Shown: piece after piece, positions 24,431-38,432 of the stretch
How the letters are laid out: each line of letters starts with the position of its first letter
How positions within the stretch are numbered: the first letter of the stretch is position 1
Position numbers and translations under genes: made by a program
The notes under the pieces: model-generated
Seen by the model: the letters and a program-made list of their open reading frames with translations, nothing else
Database searches by the model: none
What the model was told of the DNA's origin: nothing
NCBI GenBank assembly: GCA_951406725.2
Contig: OX597816.1
Span: 90,086,001 to 90,150,000 of the forward strand
Reading direction: 5' to 3'
From: Octopus vulgaris
Taxonomy: Eukaryota
Length of the DNA: 64,000 bases

Positions 24431-26984
24431 CCTACATGTTTTGCAAGCACATGTTTCTTCTACCTCATTTTGCTTTGTATCTGCCCTGGATCACTACACT
24501 TTCATCATTAATTGTTTGTTTTTGAGTGGAATTATAGAGGGCATGGACAAGTGTCCACTATATTTTCCTGTCTAACTTCTCTTTGTTATTCTATATATAA
24601 ATTTAATGATCAAATTTCAAATGTTTGTGGTAATGTCTAAGCAACAATTTACAGCAATCTCATTTGCTTACAATAAAAAGTGACAGTTACATATGTTAAT
24701 AACACTTCAGATCCTGATTACAAGGTTAAGAAAGTCTAGAAACACAGATGTCAGATCCAGGAACTTCATTATTTTAAATGAAATACAAGGCACTCTTATG
24801 AAAATACGAAAAAAATTTTATAGAAAAAGTCAAAATGAAATCATAGTTATACTTTTAATGCTTGTCTAAAAGAAAACCCGTTCCCAGCATACACACACAC
24901 ACATCAGAGAATGTGGTGGAGGTGAGCAAGCCAAAACTTCAAAGTCACTGTCAACCTCTTCCTTGTTAAAAATAACGCTGTGTGTGTGTGTGTGTGCGCG
25001 CATGTATGTGTGTGTGTGTGTGTGTGCGCGCATGTATGTGTGTGTGTGTGTGTGCATGTTGGGAACAGCTTGTATTTTGCTGAAATGTATTGAGTAATAT
25101 TTCAGTTTAATGTTAAACTGTTTTTATATATAACTAAAAATAACAACAAACATTAGGATAGATGACGATGATAATCTGGTTATCAGGCAGGTTCCTTGGA
25201 TCACTATGCTTTTCCATCTTTCTCTGTCGATAACTTGAAACCACTTTGTGCCACAGCTGTGCAAGTCATGTTTTAAGGTGTCTCTCCTGGTTTTCTTTGA
25301 TCTCTTCCCATCAGCTGATAATCATGCCATTGTCCCCTATACATACGACATGCCTTGCTAGCTGCATTCTTTTACTCTTGATGACAAGATTCAAACATGT
25401 GTCATCAACTCTTTGAAACACTGCCTCGTTTATGATCTAATGCCCTGGATTTTTCAGTTGCATCTTTGTTGGAAAGTATCAATTTGGTTTTCAATTCTGG
25501 CAATACTCTTCCATGTGTTAGTAGCATAGGTTGTTGTTGAGATAACAGTTGACCAGTATAACATCAATATGGTTTGTGATGTGAGCCTCTTTCATTGCTA
25601 TATTGATTGAAGTTTGTTGAATACCCTGGCAATTTTGGTTATCCTTCATTTTACATTAATTTTAGCATTGCCATTTCCTGTCTGAATACTACTAAGATAT
25701 GTGAAGTGTTCAATCTCTTCTATCTTTTCCCCCATTCATTGAGACATCATGTGCTTCACTGCAGGCAACTTTCTTGCCTGTCCTAAGCCAGATTGAGAAA
25801 GGAGGAAGGTTGGGAGTGGGACAAGCACCTCTACTCTGTAAAAAGACTCACCACAGAAACCACTTTGAACATTCCAAATTTTGATGATGATGATGATAGA
25901 TATACAGTATTATAGATCCATTTGAAATCATTTTACCAATCAGTTTTGCACACAATAATTAGGGAAAACCCCTAAAAATCCCTGTGCTCATAAGGACTAG
26001 TACAAAATGTATGCTACTGGGGGTATGGAAATATCACCTCTGGTTTATGTGTATTGTGAAAAACTGGAAAGAAAACCCATGAGAGCTCAAAGGATTAAGT
26101 CATCTAGAGTTATTCCCCTTGCATGAGGGCTAGAGTGTCTTCATGATGTAAGGAGTAACTAAGTACTTTTCCTACAGCTGTTCCATTAACAGAAAACCAA
26201 ACAAAATGTCATGCAGGATAATTCTCTACCTAATAAGCAGTGCTCTAATTCTTCCAGTAATTTTCATAGCCAGATCTATCAATTTGATATATCTGTAATT
26301 TCCTCTAATTTGTTTCCTTTGCCTTTGTATCATATTATTGTTACTCTAGCCATTGGGTATGATCTTTCCTATACCACCTGACTAACTTTTTCTCTGTCCT
26401 ATTCTTTTGTATCTGTTAAAACCTTTAATCATATCAGCAACTATTCTTGATGTCTCGGCCATCACATTTTTAATTACTTTATCAACTGTATTGCTGCCAA
26501 CTTGTATAGCTGGATCCCCAATTGAATCTACTTGGTAGGCCTTATATTTCCCATGAATTCTGTACACTTAACAAACTCTTGTAGCACTCCCTTTTCACCA
26601 AAAGCAAATGCACAGCTATTATTCCATATACAAATCAATTTTCTCTTGCACAGTCTTGCAGTTCAGAATACTTCAATCCTCTGATCCCTATGTTGCAGAA
26701 CATGCGAGATCCTTTTATTTTCTTTTTCCCTCTTAGCTAAATACACTTAATGCCTAACTTTTTTTCTAGTTCCTAGATATTACTCTCAGCTGACTTATTC
26801 TTCCAGTCTTTTCAAGCATATCTCTTTGTTTTTATAGTTTTGTCTATCTCAGTATTCTACATCACATCACTCTCAGTATGGCTGTACCTTGCACCAGCTA
26901 CAAGTTTGGTAAGCAGCTCTCATCATCATATATGCCTTAAAGTGTTAGCCCACTTATGCATACCTTTCCTTCATTGAACACTAA

Positions 26985-27437
26985 ACTCTGCTTGCGAAGA
27001 CCTGTTGAGGCAAGTGAAATCGAAATCAAATTCAATGACAGCACCGCATGACTGGCATCCATGCTAGTGGAACACTAAGAGCACCATCCAAGCATGATCA
27101 TTGCCAGGGCTGCTGCCAGCATCGCCTTACTGGCATGTGAAAAACATTCAAGCGAGGTCACTGCCAGTGCTGCTGGACAGGCTCCCATGCAGGTGGCACA
27201 TAAAAAACACCACTTGAGCATGGCCATTGCCAGTACTGCCCCTCGTGCCGGTGGCATGTAAAAACAGCCACTACACTCTCGGAGTGGTTGGCTTTAGGAA
27301 GGGCATCCAGCAGTGGAAACTCTGCCAGATCAGATTGGAGCCTGGTGCAGCCATCTGGCTCGCCAGTCCTCAGCCAAGCCGTCCAACCCATGCCAGCATG
27401 GAAAGCAGACATTAAACGATGATGATGATCATGATGA
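26985..27437 (+). mobile_element. RTE LINE 3' end (left member of tail-to-tail pair)
   Basis: Subrepeats and (gat)n tail. Confidence 0.85.
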
Positions 27438-27440
27438 TAT

Positions 27441-28155
27441 ATCATCATCATCATCATCATCGTTTAACGTCCGCTTTCCATGCTAGCATGGGTTGGACGG
27501 TTCAACTGGGGTCTGGCAAGCCCGAAGGCTGCACCAGGCCAGTCTGATCTGGCAGTGTTTCTACAGCTGGATGCCCTTCCTAACGCCAACCACTCCGAGA
27601 GTGTAGTGGGTGATTTTATGTGCCACCGACACAGGTGCCAGACGAGGCTGGCAGACGGCCATGCTCGGATGGTATTTTTTATGTGCCACCGACACAGGTG
27701 CCAGACGAGGCTGGCAGACGGCCATGCTCGGATGGTGTTTTCTTATGTGCCACCGACACAGGTGCCAGACGAGGCTGGCGAACGGCCACGCTTGGATGGT
27801 GTTTGTTACGTGCCCTCAGCACGGAGGCCAGTCGATGCAGTACTGGCTACGGTCACGTTCGGATGGTTTTCTTATGTGCCACCGGCGCTGGTACCACAAG
27901 GATACAAATTCCATTGATGTTCATCTATTTTGATTTGGTTTGATTTGATTTTCACTTGCCTCAACAGGTCTTCACAAGTGTCACAAGAAGGAAGGTATGC
28001 ACAGGTGGACTGACTACGTCCCAGGTAGGGGCCACGGGTTATGGCTTCACTAGTCTTGCCGGGTCTTCTCACGCACAGCATACTTCCATAGGTCTCGGTC
28101 TCTAGTCATTTCCATGGTGAGACCTAACGTTCGAAGGTCGTGCTTCACTACCTCC
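27441..28155 (-). mobile_element. RTE LINE 3' portion (right member of tail-to-tail pair)
   Basis: (cat)n, five ~57-bp subrepeats, ORF end EVVKHDLRTLGLT; CpG-retaining, so relatively young. Confidence 0.9.
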
Positions 28156-31100
28156 TTGATAATAGCTGATATGTTGGTTCATATGTTAGTTAGTACCCGC
28201 ACTCACTGTGAGAATTAACATAAGAGATGCAAGATGAGCGCACATACTAGGCTTGGTGGCAGGCTACACACATGCATTCAGTGAGAAACAAAGAGTCACA
28301 GAAACATGATATTACCCATTATGGCAAAATTATACCTCTAAAGTTACACATCATATGATGGGTAACACTCTTTCTCTTTATATATATTATACATAATTCA
28401 AACATATATATTATACATAATTCAAATATTGAGAGAACAGATATGCTTATTTTACCAAAAAAAATTACTGTCATCTCAAGTCATGATCAGCCAAAGTGAA
28501 ACACAATAAACTGTCATTTTATATAAACACACATAATTTTAAATGGATTATTTGAAATAACTCAACTGGGCTAATGGCATGAATTTGAATAATTAAGTAA
28601 AAGGGTGATATATTGAATGCTATACAATTAACTGAAATTTTCTTCTTAGTTGAAGAAATATATTAAAAATCTAGTTGCATTTACCGGTGATGCTCAAGGA
28701 AAAGGGAGAGATAATCTCAAGAAATTATTAAGATGTTAATTTCTCCAGTGAACTTACAAGCTTAAGAAAAGGTTGCTCTAATCTTTGTTTACAGGCAATG
28801 AACAACTGTGAACATATTTCAGTATATTTGGCCTCATCAACATAGTAAAGTCAAAGCAGGTCAGTTGATAGTTCTTGCTAAAAGAACTATAGAAAGAGAT
28901 GTGAATGAGTTTTGGTTAAAAGAATTTGCAAAACTAAAAGAAATATGAGCAAAGGGAATAATTCAAGTGGGCCAATGGCAAGTATTTGGATAATAAATTT
29001 TAAGTATGATGTACTGAATGCCACAGATATTAATTAGAATTTCCATTTCAATTGGATGAAAGGAGTGAGAGTTTAATGAGAGGGACACTAATTTAGCTGA
29101 AAGGAGAGTAAAGACAGGAGTAATGGAAGTGTGACAGTGTGAGAGGAAATTATGGAAGAAAGGCAATGATGGCAGCTATATATTTGCTGCTGAGAGAGAG
29201 ACTGAGCAGTATATGATAATATAGAGATGAGTGATGATAAAGGAGCAAGATGGATGTCACTAATGAGTAGTCTGCAGGAGAGGGAGTGATTGATGGCAAA
29301 ACAGAAAACGTGTGGTAGAGTGTATTGGTTACCAAAAGATCAGATTCTATCCTTCATATATCAATGTCTTGATGTAAGGCAGATAAACTGATAAGAGTTA
29401 TGGGAGAATATGCATGAGTCCAAAGCTGATCTTACATATACATATTGATGAAAGAAAGAGATGTCAGCACAGAAAAGGTGTGGTAGCATTTAAACAGCAA
29501 ATCTGATTCTATTCCTCATACATAGGCATCTTGATGTGTGTGTGTGCAAGAGCAAGAGAGAGAGACAGACAGACAGACAGAGAGTGATGTGGGTGATGGT
29601 AGAATATGCATAGGGCCAAAGTTATTCTTCATATACATGCACCTTGATGGAAGAGAGGGAAGTAATAAGGGAGTTGGTAGGATATACACACATCCAGTGC
29701 CATCTGTTTTTACCTGAACAATATGGTACAATGAATAGGAGAGAGGGTGAGTGATAGATATGAGTAATGGGGGAAATAAATTATAGCGAAAAGAGATGTT
29801 GCCAAAGAAGGTGAGTGAAGACAACAGATAGAAAGTTTACAATGGCATATTTAGCAGGAGCCTGTATACCTCTTAGATTCCATCATTACCACCATTTAAA
29901 GTGTAATTTGCCATGCCTGCACTGGAGGACAAGTTTTATCTATCATCATGTAAAGGCAGTTTTCACATTCTTTTGTTGTAAAGCTTAGCATTCTGAGGAA
30001 GGGCTTCATCACTTCATCTCATGTTTTTTTAGATGTCACTCTTCCAAAAGTTACATACACTTTGAACACTCAGTAGTTCTTTCTATGGCTGTCATTCTGC
30101 ATACACATTACATGTTCACAACAGCAAAATATTTTCTTTTGTTCACTACATTTGATTCCTTTCATGTCCAGCTTTTCTCCCATTTTATTTATACTCTGTC
30201 TTTCATCTATACTAACATTACACATCTAGAGAAATATGCTCACTTCATTTCTTTGTAATCTTTTCAAGTCCTCTGAATTCAAGACCCATGATGCACTATC
30301 ATACAGCAACACACTTTTGTACACAAGCACCATGCAATCTGGCCTTCACTCTGAGTGAAAAGCTTTGTTGCTAGCAGAGGTTAAAGTTTCCTGAAATCTA
30401 TCTAGCTTGTTTTTGTTATTATGCTTTCAGAACACCCATCCCTGAAGTTAATTAGGTCAACTGAGTGACAAAAGTTGTCAACTACTTTTAGAAAATCTAT
30501 TTCTCATGTGCTATTGTTGCTTACTGCTCTGGTGCACCTGCTGCATATGATATCTACCTTCTCTGTCAGTAAGTTCACAACACCTCTTATGTGTCCATAC
30601 TTTACATTGGGTATATCATATGTAATTTCTACCTACTTACTTTCTGTAAATTTATAAGGTGGGTCAAACTGGTCCAGTGCTAACCCTTCTTACACTGGCA
30701 GCATAGTACAGTGGCTAAGAGAGATCCACTGTTATCCTTTGTTATATATATAGTATGATACTATTATTAGTAGAGATGGTGAGTGCAACAAGAATGAACA
30801 ATAGTGAGAGAGATCAGTGATGAAAATATGAATTACAGACAAAAAAGAGGGTACCAAAGAGGTTAGGGGCAACAGATGGAAGGTCAACAGCAACAAATCT
30901 GGAGGAGACCATATCCCTCTTAGCTTTCATCACTACCACCTTCTGACATTTGCTTTGTCACAATTGTACTGGTAGATGGGTTTTCTCTAGTGCTGCATGT
31001 CAATAATCATCACAGTCTTTTGTAATCTCCTTTGTAAGGTTCAATCTACTATGCACTAACATGTGCAAACAAATTTGTTTTAGAATACAACTTGGCAAGT

Positions 31101-32049
31101 TCATACTCATTAATACTTTTCAACCACTTGTTAACTAGCAAGCAACATCCTCCCCTATCTTTTATTGAAACTAGAACAACATGTGTTCAGTTAAACCTTA
31201 AGACAGTGCTGTCTTAAAGCAGGGGCTTATCGGCTGGTTGTCTAGGGGCTTCTTGTGTCCAGAAGGCCCAGTGTTAATCTATGTATAATGTAGTTGTGTA
31301 TATAGAAGCCTTGGTGCATTGTCTTGCTCAAGGGCCTATAATGCCTTAAGGTTATGCATACACTTTTCCTCTTCATATCACACCAATATTTCATACCTCA
31401 GATACCATTCTAAACACTTTCCACAATCTTTCTTATCTATAAATGGATTTCTCTGCAACTCACTTTCCACCCTCATATTCTTTTATCAATCAGCTTGCAA
31501 CAATCCAGACATCAACCATACTAACTTTATTTAGTTATACAAGATGTTTAGCCAGGAAGTGGGCCTAAGTAATGTTTATGGGCACTGTCCTGCTACATCA
31601 GACTAACAAACAAAAGTTTATAGTTAGAATGATTTATAAATTTATTTTGACTGATGATGAAACAAACACTGATAAAAGGTTTCACAGCTGTAGCTTGTAA
31701 GGCACAATTTGGTTAAGTTTTAAGTTAAATTTACTTCAACTTCAGTAGAAAGGATCCACATGACTGCTGCTGTAATGATACATGAAATAAATATTAATTT
31801 CTTTTCAGAAAATTTACCAGTTTCACATATTTACAAAAATATATAAACATAATCAAAATATTTAACACTACACAGAAATATTTTTGCATGAAAGAGTCAA
31901 GATAAATCTATATGAATTAAGTAAATAATTACAGGAATAATAAATTTTAATCATAGAAATACAAAAATCCAATGTTTCTTTACAAAATAATTATTCCAGA
32001 TTTCATAAATCAATATTTAAAAAAAAACTTTTAATATTAAAATAATAAC

Positions 32050-32290
32050 TAAGGCTGCAAGTTGGCAGAATTGCTAGCATTCTGTGCAAAATGCTTAGTG
32101 GAAATTTCAGAGGAGTTAAGTTGATTACATCGACCCCAGTACTCAAGTGGTATTTATTTTATCAACCCCTAAAGGATGAAAAGCAAAGTCGACCTTGGCA
32201 GAACTTGAACTCAGAATGTAAAGATAGATGAAATGCTGCTAAGCACTTTGCGTAGCATGATAATGATTCTGCCAGCCTGCCACCTGAACA
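32050..32290. mobile_element. SINE of a second family
   Basis: tcgaccccagtact...aaaggatgaaaagcaaagtcgaccttggcagaacttgaactc with self-complementary ends ggcagaatt / attctgcc. Confidence 0.6.
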
Positions 32291-33670
32291 CATCAACTAA
32301 TATTAAAGTAATTAGTTATTTTTCAATCTTATACTTGAGGATATAGAGGAAAATAGAATGTATTTAAGTCATCATCATCATTTAATGTTTGCCTTCCATA
32401 CTGGTAGAAGCTGGATGGTTTCATGGGATCCATCAAATTGGAGAACTACATCATGCTCCAATGTCTGCTTTGGCATGGTTTCCATAGCTGGATGTCCTTC
32501 ATGACATCAACCATTTTACAGTGTCTACTGACTATTTTTCTCAAGTGGCATCAGGTTTCCATGTAATTTGCAAAACTAAGGGCCCAAAATGGCTCTTATA
32601 ACTGAAAAGGAATAGAAGAGAGAGGGTGCAATGTTTCTTGATAGGATGATGAGAGAGGGTATGTTATCATGAGAGGATTAGATTTATAGTTGCGAGTGGA
32701 GTGAGTAACAGTGTTATATGGAAGTGACAGGGGAAAAGAGGTTAGTGAGAAAAGGAAGGACAGAATGGGAAAATGATAAGATGTTTTGGTAGGTGGGGTC
32801 CAGTGCTATCACACATTATAAGGGCAAATATAGATAGAAGATATGAAGGAAAGGAGTTATTGAAGGAAAGAGTGATGTGGAGACAGGCCAGAGAGGGAGA
32901 TGAAAAAGGATGTTGAAGAGGCAGAGAAGCAGTGAGAAGAGGGCAGTAAAAGAAAGCAAAGCAGAAGGTAGGAGAACAGTGGGCAAATGCAGCAAGAGCA
33001 ATGAGGAAAAGAGAGGCTGAAGAGCAGAATGTGAATGTACAAAAAGTATCCCAGATGGGAAGGCTGTGTAGAAATGATGGTGAGAAAATGGGAGAATGCA
33101 GCAAAAGGAGTGAGAGGAAGAAAGAGTGGGGGGCATCCTAGATGTGTAAAAGCAAGAGGTGTTGAGTGAGATGTGTTAGTTGGCAGGACAGTAATAAAGG
33201 TGACCCGAGTGAGTGTGTTGATTGGTAGTATAGCAAGGCAAAGCTAGAATAGTGTATTTGGAGGGTGAGAAGGGAATCCAAACCAACCTCTTATAAGTGA
33301 GTTGAGGCAAGGAAGAAGGTGTCATAATGAGGTGAAGTGGATAGTGTTGGGAGATGAGAGATGGGGAGAGTCTATGAATGGTGAAGAGATGAAAGTCAAG
33401 CAATTATAACATTGTGTATGTGTGTGTGCGTGAGAGAGAGTATCTATAATCATTAATGGTTCTAGGTTCAGCGCTACTGCATGACGCATTGGGCAAGCAT
33501 TTTCTCCTATAGCCCAGGTGAGGGTTGGAGACAGGAAGTGCATTTGGCTGTAGAAGATCCACCTCCACAAATTCTGAGCATGGAAAAGTGAATGTTGAGA
33601 CCACAATGATGATGATGATGATATATGCATGTAGGTATATAAAACACATAGAAAATAAATAATATTGTTC

Positions 33671-36214
33671 TTACGATTCAATGTCAGATCTTTCAGAAGA
33701 TAAATCTTCAGAAGAGAGTAGATCAGCTGATGGCAACAACATAGGCATCCTCATGGTACACAAAGGGTCAGCAACATAACCATTTTTATCAACTTGTGTT
33801 AATGGAAAACGTCTTCGAAGTTCTTCAGATTGAGCTCCACTATTTCTCGAGGCTTCCATTTCCCAACGAGTTCTCATAGCAGTTACATGACCAGTTAGTG
33901 GAGGAGTTGTACGTCCTTCATTATCAGAGTCTTCAGAAAGTGCATTCAATTCTGAGATAGGATCATTCGTAATGGTATTTCCATTACTTATTAACATCAC
34001 AGCTTGGGATTGTCTACATTCCTCTAAAATAGGAACTATATTTTTGAAATCAGGTCTCTCTTCGGCATTGGCATGCCATCCTTTTTGTAAGATTCCAATA
34101 ATAGGTTTTGGAAAAGTGATAGCAATGGGAGGCCTAGTATGATGATATGCCATTTCGGCAGCAGTGGCAGCTGGTTTAAGATGTGCAAATGGCATTTCAC
34201 CTGCTAATAATTCCCAGAGACATAAAGAATAACTAAACATATCTGCTCTAATACTATACTTTGTACACTGAGTAAATATTTCAGGAGCCATCCAGCGTAG
34301 ATTTCCAGGTTGCTTTGTCATGTTATCTTCTTCATCAGATCTTAAAAAACGTGATTCTCCAAAATCAGCAACAACAGCATGGCAATCTTCTTCTAAGAGA
34401 ATATTATGACTATTAAGATCTCGATGGATAATGGGTTGTGGCAAATTATGTAAATACTCCATCCCTTTGGCAACATCCACTGCAATTGTCAGTTTAGTGT
34501 GCATATCTATTAGACGTTTTTGTTCATGTAACAAACCGAAAAGAGATCCACCTGATACAAATCGTGTAACAATGGCAAATTGACTAGGATCATCTAAACA
34601 TGCACCAACAAAATGTATAACATATGGGCTATCTAATCTTGCCAAAATTGATACTTCCCGACAAAACATATCTACATCAGATTTTGAACCAAATGAGCTT
34701 GCACGATATCTTTTAATAGCAACAACTTTACCTCGGCATTTACCCTTAAATACTTTTCCAAAAGAACCACTACCAATAGTTTCTTGAGATTCAAGGTCTG
34801 TAATCTGTAAATGGAAGTAATGTGGTAGAGTAGCTCTCAATTGGAGAACATCAATTTTTTCTCTGGTAACACTACGGAGTTTTCCTATAGGTGAAGGTAC
34901 AGATACATAACTGCCATCACCTCCAGGTTGAGTGTAGTCCCCACAAGCAGATTCATCTTGAGGTCGTTTGTGATGTTTCAATAATGTGACAATTGAATCA
35001 TGACCTTTTTCATATGCCCACATTAGTGCTGTTTGTTCCTCTTTCTTTTCACTACCACCATTTTGATCACTGACTGATGCGACCAAATTAACATCAGCTC
35101 CACTTTCTAAAAGAAAATGAACAACTCGTAAATGTCCATGGTAACAGGCACTGTGTAAAGCAGTATGTCCATCTTTTCCTTGATAATTAATATCAACATT
35201 TTGTTGTTCAAGTAAAAATTTTATTAATTCTATGCTTTTTCCTGTTGTACAAGCAGCATGCAGTGGTGTTTCACTGAAAATGTTCTCAATATTAAGACTT
35301 GCAGACCCAGTGTGTAATGTCAATGCCTTACAGATTTCCAATTTACAATAATAACAAGCCAAATGTAATGGTGTATCTCCATAGATATTAGTGATATGTG
35401 TATCAGCTTTATGTTCTAGTAGTAAACTTAAAATCTGAAGGTTTCCTGCTTTACAGCAAAAATGTATAGGACGATGTTCTTCATCATCTTTTACATTCAC
35501 ATCTACTTTTTGGTCAGATGTGCCTTGAAGAAGCAACTGTGTAATTCGGAGGTAACCTTTAGCACAAGCTAAGTGAAGAGGACGATCACCAACACCTCCA
35601 CTGATATTTATGTTGGCACCATTTGTAATAAGACTTTCAACCATTTTATCATGACCAAAAAAACTTGCAATATGTAAAGGAGAAAATTTGACAGCATCGC
35701 CGGAATTGATGCGTGCTCCATGTTCCAGTAATATCTGAGCAATTTCAAGATGCCCACACATAGCTGTAATATGAAGAGCTGTCATTCCACTGTTGCCGGT
35801 TACATTGACATCAATGTTTGCCTCACATAAAGCAACCACTGTTTCTACATCACCTTTATAAGTAGCTAGATGAAGAGCCGAAAACTGGTTCTTGGTGAGA
35901 TAAATAGCTTTTATTCCTTGTTGTAAAAAATAGTTTATAAGTTCTTTTGAATCAGCCCCAGCACCACTAATACAACAAATGTGCAATAAAGTATGTCCAG
36001 TATCAGTCTTCTCATTGACATTATCTTCATTTAAAAGTTCTTTCACTCCTGCAAGATCGCAGCGGCTGCATGCCAGCTGTAACTCTGACCATTCGGAATC
36101 CCGAGGCCGAAGGTCTTCTATAGCTTTAGAACGAAACAGTGAATAGCTTTCACTAATTTTTTTCTTAAGTTCATCAGCACATGAAATTGTTGGCCGAGAT
36201 TTATAATTACCCAT
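33671..36214 (-). CDS. TNNI3K: Serine/threonine-protein kinase TNNI3K orthologue, single-exon CDS, 847 aa
   Basis: N-terminus [19 protein letters not shown] matches vertebrate TNNI3K; ~10 ankyrin repeats; kinase motifs [26 protein letters not shown]; [15 protein letters not shown]; uninterrupted ORF. Confidence 0.97.
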   Translation of the reverse strand: MGNYKSRPTISCADELKKKISESYSLFRSKAIEDLRPRDSEWSELQLACSRCDLAGVKELLNEDNVNEKTDTGHTLLHICCISGAGADSKELINYFLQQGIKAIYLTKNQFSALHLATYKGDVETVVALCEANIDVNVTGNSGMTALHITAMCGHLEIAQILLEHGARINSGDAVKFSPLHIASFFGHDKMVESLITNGANINISGGVGDRPLHLACAKGYLRITQLLLQGTSDQKVDVNVKDDEEHRPIHFCCKAGNLQILSLLLEHKADTHITNIYGDTPLHLACYYCKLEICKALTLHTGSASLNIENIFSETPLHAACTTGKSIELIKFLLEQQNVDINYQGKDGHTALHSACYHGHLRVVHFLLESGADVNLVASVSDQNGGSEKKEEQTALMWAYEKGHDSIVTLLKHHKRPQDESACGDYTQPGGDGSYVSVPSPIGKLRSVTREKIDVLQLRATLPHYFHLQITDLESQETIGSGSFGKVFKGKCRGKVVAIKRYRASSFGSKSDVDMFCREVSILARLDSPYVIHFVGACLDDPSQFAIVTRFVSGGSLFGLLHEQKRLIDMHTKLTIAVDVAKGMEYLHNLPQPIIHRDLNSHNILLEEDCHAVVADFGESRFLRSDEEDNMTKQPGNLRWMAPEIFTQCTKYSIRADMFSYSLCLWELLAGEMPFAHLKPAATAAEMAYHHTRPPIAITFPKPIIGILQKGWHANAEERPDFKNIVPILEECRQSQAVMLISNGNTITNDPISELNALSEDSDNEGRTTPPLTGHVTAMRTRWEMEASRNSGAQSEELRRRFPLTQVDKNGYVADPLCTMRMPMLLPSADLLSSEDLSSERSDIES

Positions 36215-37293
36215 TTCAGAAAAAAAAAAAAATTCTTTTCAAGAATTCCTTTAAAGCTCAGTGAAATATTTTATTATAGCAGTCGAGATAATTGTATGAT
36301 GATTTAAAGAGAATAATTTCCACATACTGTGAAGAAAACATTAACTTGTGGGCATTAACGCGAATAAGTAAGCATTTTCTCGACATGAGTAAGCGACATT
36401 ATAAAATTAACTTTTCTTGTACACCACTGCTTGAATTTAAAACAATTCTTTTTTTTTAGGTAACATCAAAGCCCAGCATGGTTGCATTACAATAAAAGAA
36501 AACAGGAAAATAATCAAATGAAATTTGTTGCCCTCGCAGACCATAATAATTGAATAAGGTCGTAAGGATTATTACGATATCCTAAAAACATCTTCAATCG
36601 AATATGTCGCAATGAAAAGTGCCACAAAGTAAACGCAAAATATCAGCAGTGCAATAAGAAAGTGCTGAATCTAATAGCATGCAAATATCAATAGTAAAAA
36701 CCTTTCAACTTCGATAAATATTTTCTTTCGGATATTTGTTGCTGTAAAAAAAAAAAATAGTAAGTGATGTATGGAAGTCTAAAAGTGCATCAAAATATTT
36801 ACCTCAGCCTCACTTTCAGTAGAACAACGTGAGAAAAAAAACTCAGTTATTGTAAATGTATATCATAGTTTCTATTTCGATGGTTTAAAGTTTTTACCTT
36901 ATGTAATTCATTAAGTCAACTGTGAAAACATTAAGAATGTAGTATTATATATTATTAAAATAATACTGTTATTATTATTTTTTGTTTCACAAGAATCCAT
37001 TCGTGTTACAACCTATAACCTACTATAAAGTTATATTAGTTGTTTGCATCATTCCTTTCACGAAGTTGAAGTATGGGTTAAGTAAAAAGTAAAAAAATAA
37101 TAAAAAACTCTTCTGATATAATACAAATTACACCACTGTATTCTTCACTGCATTCTTCCCGTATAATTTCCTAGCGGTTACGTTTGGTGACGGACTTGTT
37201 GGATTGAGATCTCAATGTAGGTTTCTCAAGAGGTATTGTATTTGATCTTGCCAAAATGTTGAAATAAAACAATCTCTAGTCATTAATTATATA

Positions 37294-37834
37294 TCTATTA
37301 TATAAAATCCGTTCTGTGTGTGTGTGGGGGGGTGTCTTCTAGGATCTCGGGCATCCTCCATCTGATGGCGCTCAAATTTGATATGTAGATACCGACGGTA
37401 TCAGGGCAGGTATAAGTCTTGAAAAAATAACAAAAATCGATTCCAGGTGAGAATGCGATCGATAAAGCCGTGGGAACGTACATTTGTACGCGCAAGTACA
37501 TCAGCTGTTGCGATCGATACTACGCATACGCGAGAAAAATGCACGTGCAGTTTGCACACAAAAAAAGCCAGCTGGCTTGAAATAATGCCATAAAAAGCAG
37601 TATATTTAAGAGACCAAAAAAGTAATATGCAAAAGAGATATTTTCTTCAAACTTGGCATGAGGGAAGGAAAAACTATTTGGTTTCTCAAGGAGTTTTTTT
37701 TTTTTTTTTGCTTTAACTTCGTTTTAACAAAACCAAAAATTTTATTGAAATAAAGGCATGCTTAATTATTGCTTTTTATTCAGCAGATACGATTCAGCAC
37801 TGTCCATTGGACTGGGGAGGGGGCGTTTTGCTCG
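37294..37834 (+). mobile_element. Probable non-autonomous Helitron
   Basis: A|TCTATTATATAAA start, microsatellite near 5' end, ends GCTCG|T; no TIR or TSD. Confidence 0.5.
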
Positions 37835-37852
37835 TATATATATATATATATA

Positions 37853-38432
37853 TCATCATTATCATCATCATTTAACGCCTGCTTTCCATGCTAGCATGGG
37901 TTGGACGATTTGACTGAGGTCTGGCAAACCAGACTCCAATCTGATCTGGCAGAGTTTCTACAGCTGGATGCCCTTCCTAACGCCGACCACGCAGAGAGTG
38001 TAGTGGGTGCTTTTACGTGCTACTGGCACGAGGGCCAGTTTGGTGGTACTGGCAACGGCCACGTCCAAATGGTGCTTTTTACGTGCCACCTGCACTGGCG
38101 ACAACCTCACTCAAATGTTTCATGTGCCACCAGCACAAGTACTAGTAAGGCAATGCAGTAACAATCACGCTCAAATGGTGTGCTTAACGTGCCATTGGCA
38201 CGAAGGCCAGTCCGGTACTCTGGCAACGATCTCACTCATATGGTACTCTTAGCACTCCACTAGCAACGGATGCCAGTCACTGAGTTTGATTTTGACTTCG
38301 ATTTCACTTGCCTCAACTGGTCTTCGCAAGCAGAGTTTAGTGTCCAATGAAGAAAAGGCACACATAAGTAGACTGGTTACACCCCTAGCATAGGCTACAA
38401 GGTTATGGTCACACTTGTGTTTGCCGAGTCTT
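37853..38432 (-). mobile_element. RTE LINE 3'UTR
   Basis: (cat)n tail and subrepeats. Confidence 0.85.

Noticed and set aside
27480-27943. Overlapping 107-145-aa ORFs in three frames
   Set aside because: Stop-poor RTE 3'UTR subrepeats, not genes; the same applies to 6070-6502
32742-33136. Hydrophobic L/F/S-rich ORFs
   Set aside because: Artefact of a pyrimidine-rich low-complexity strand
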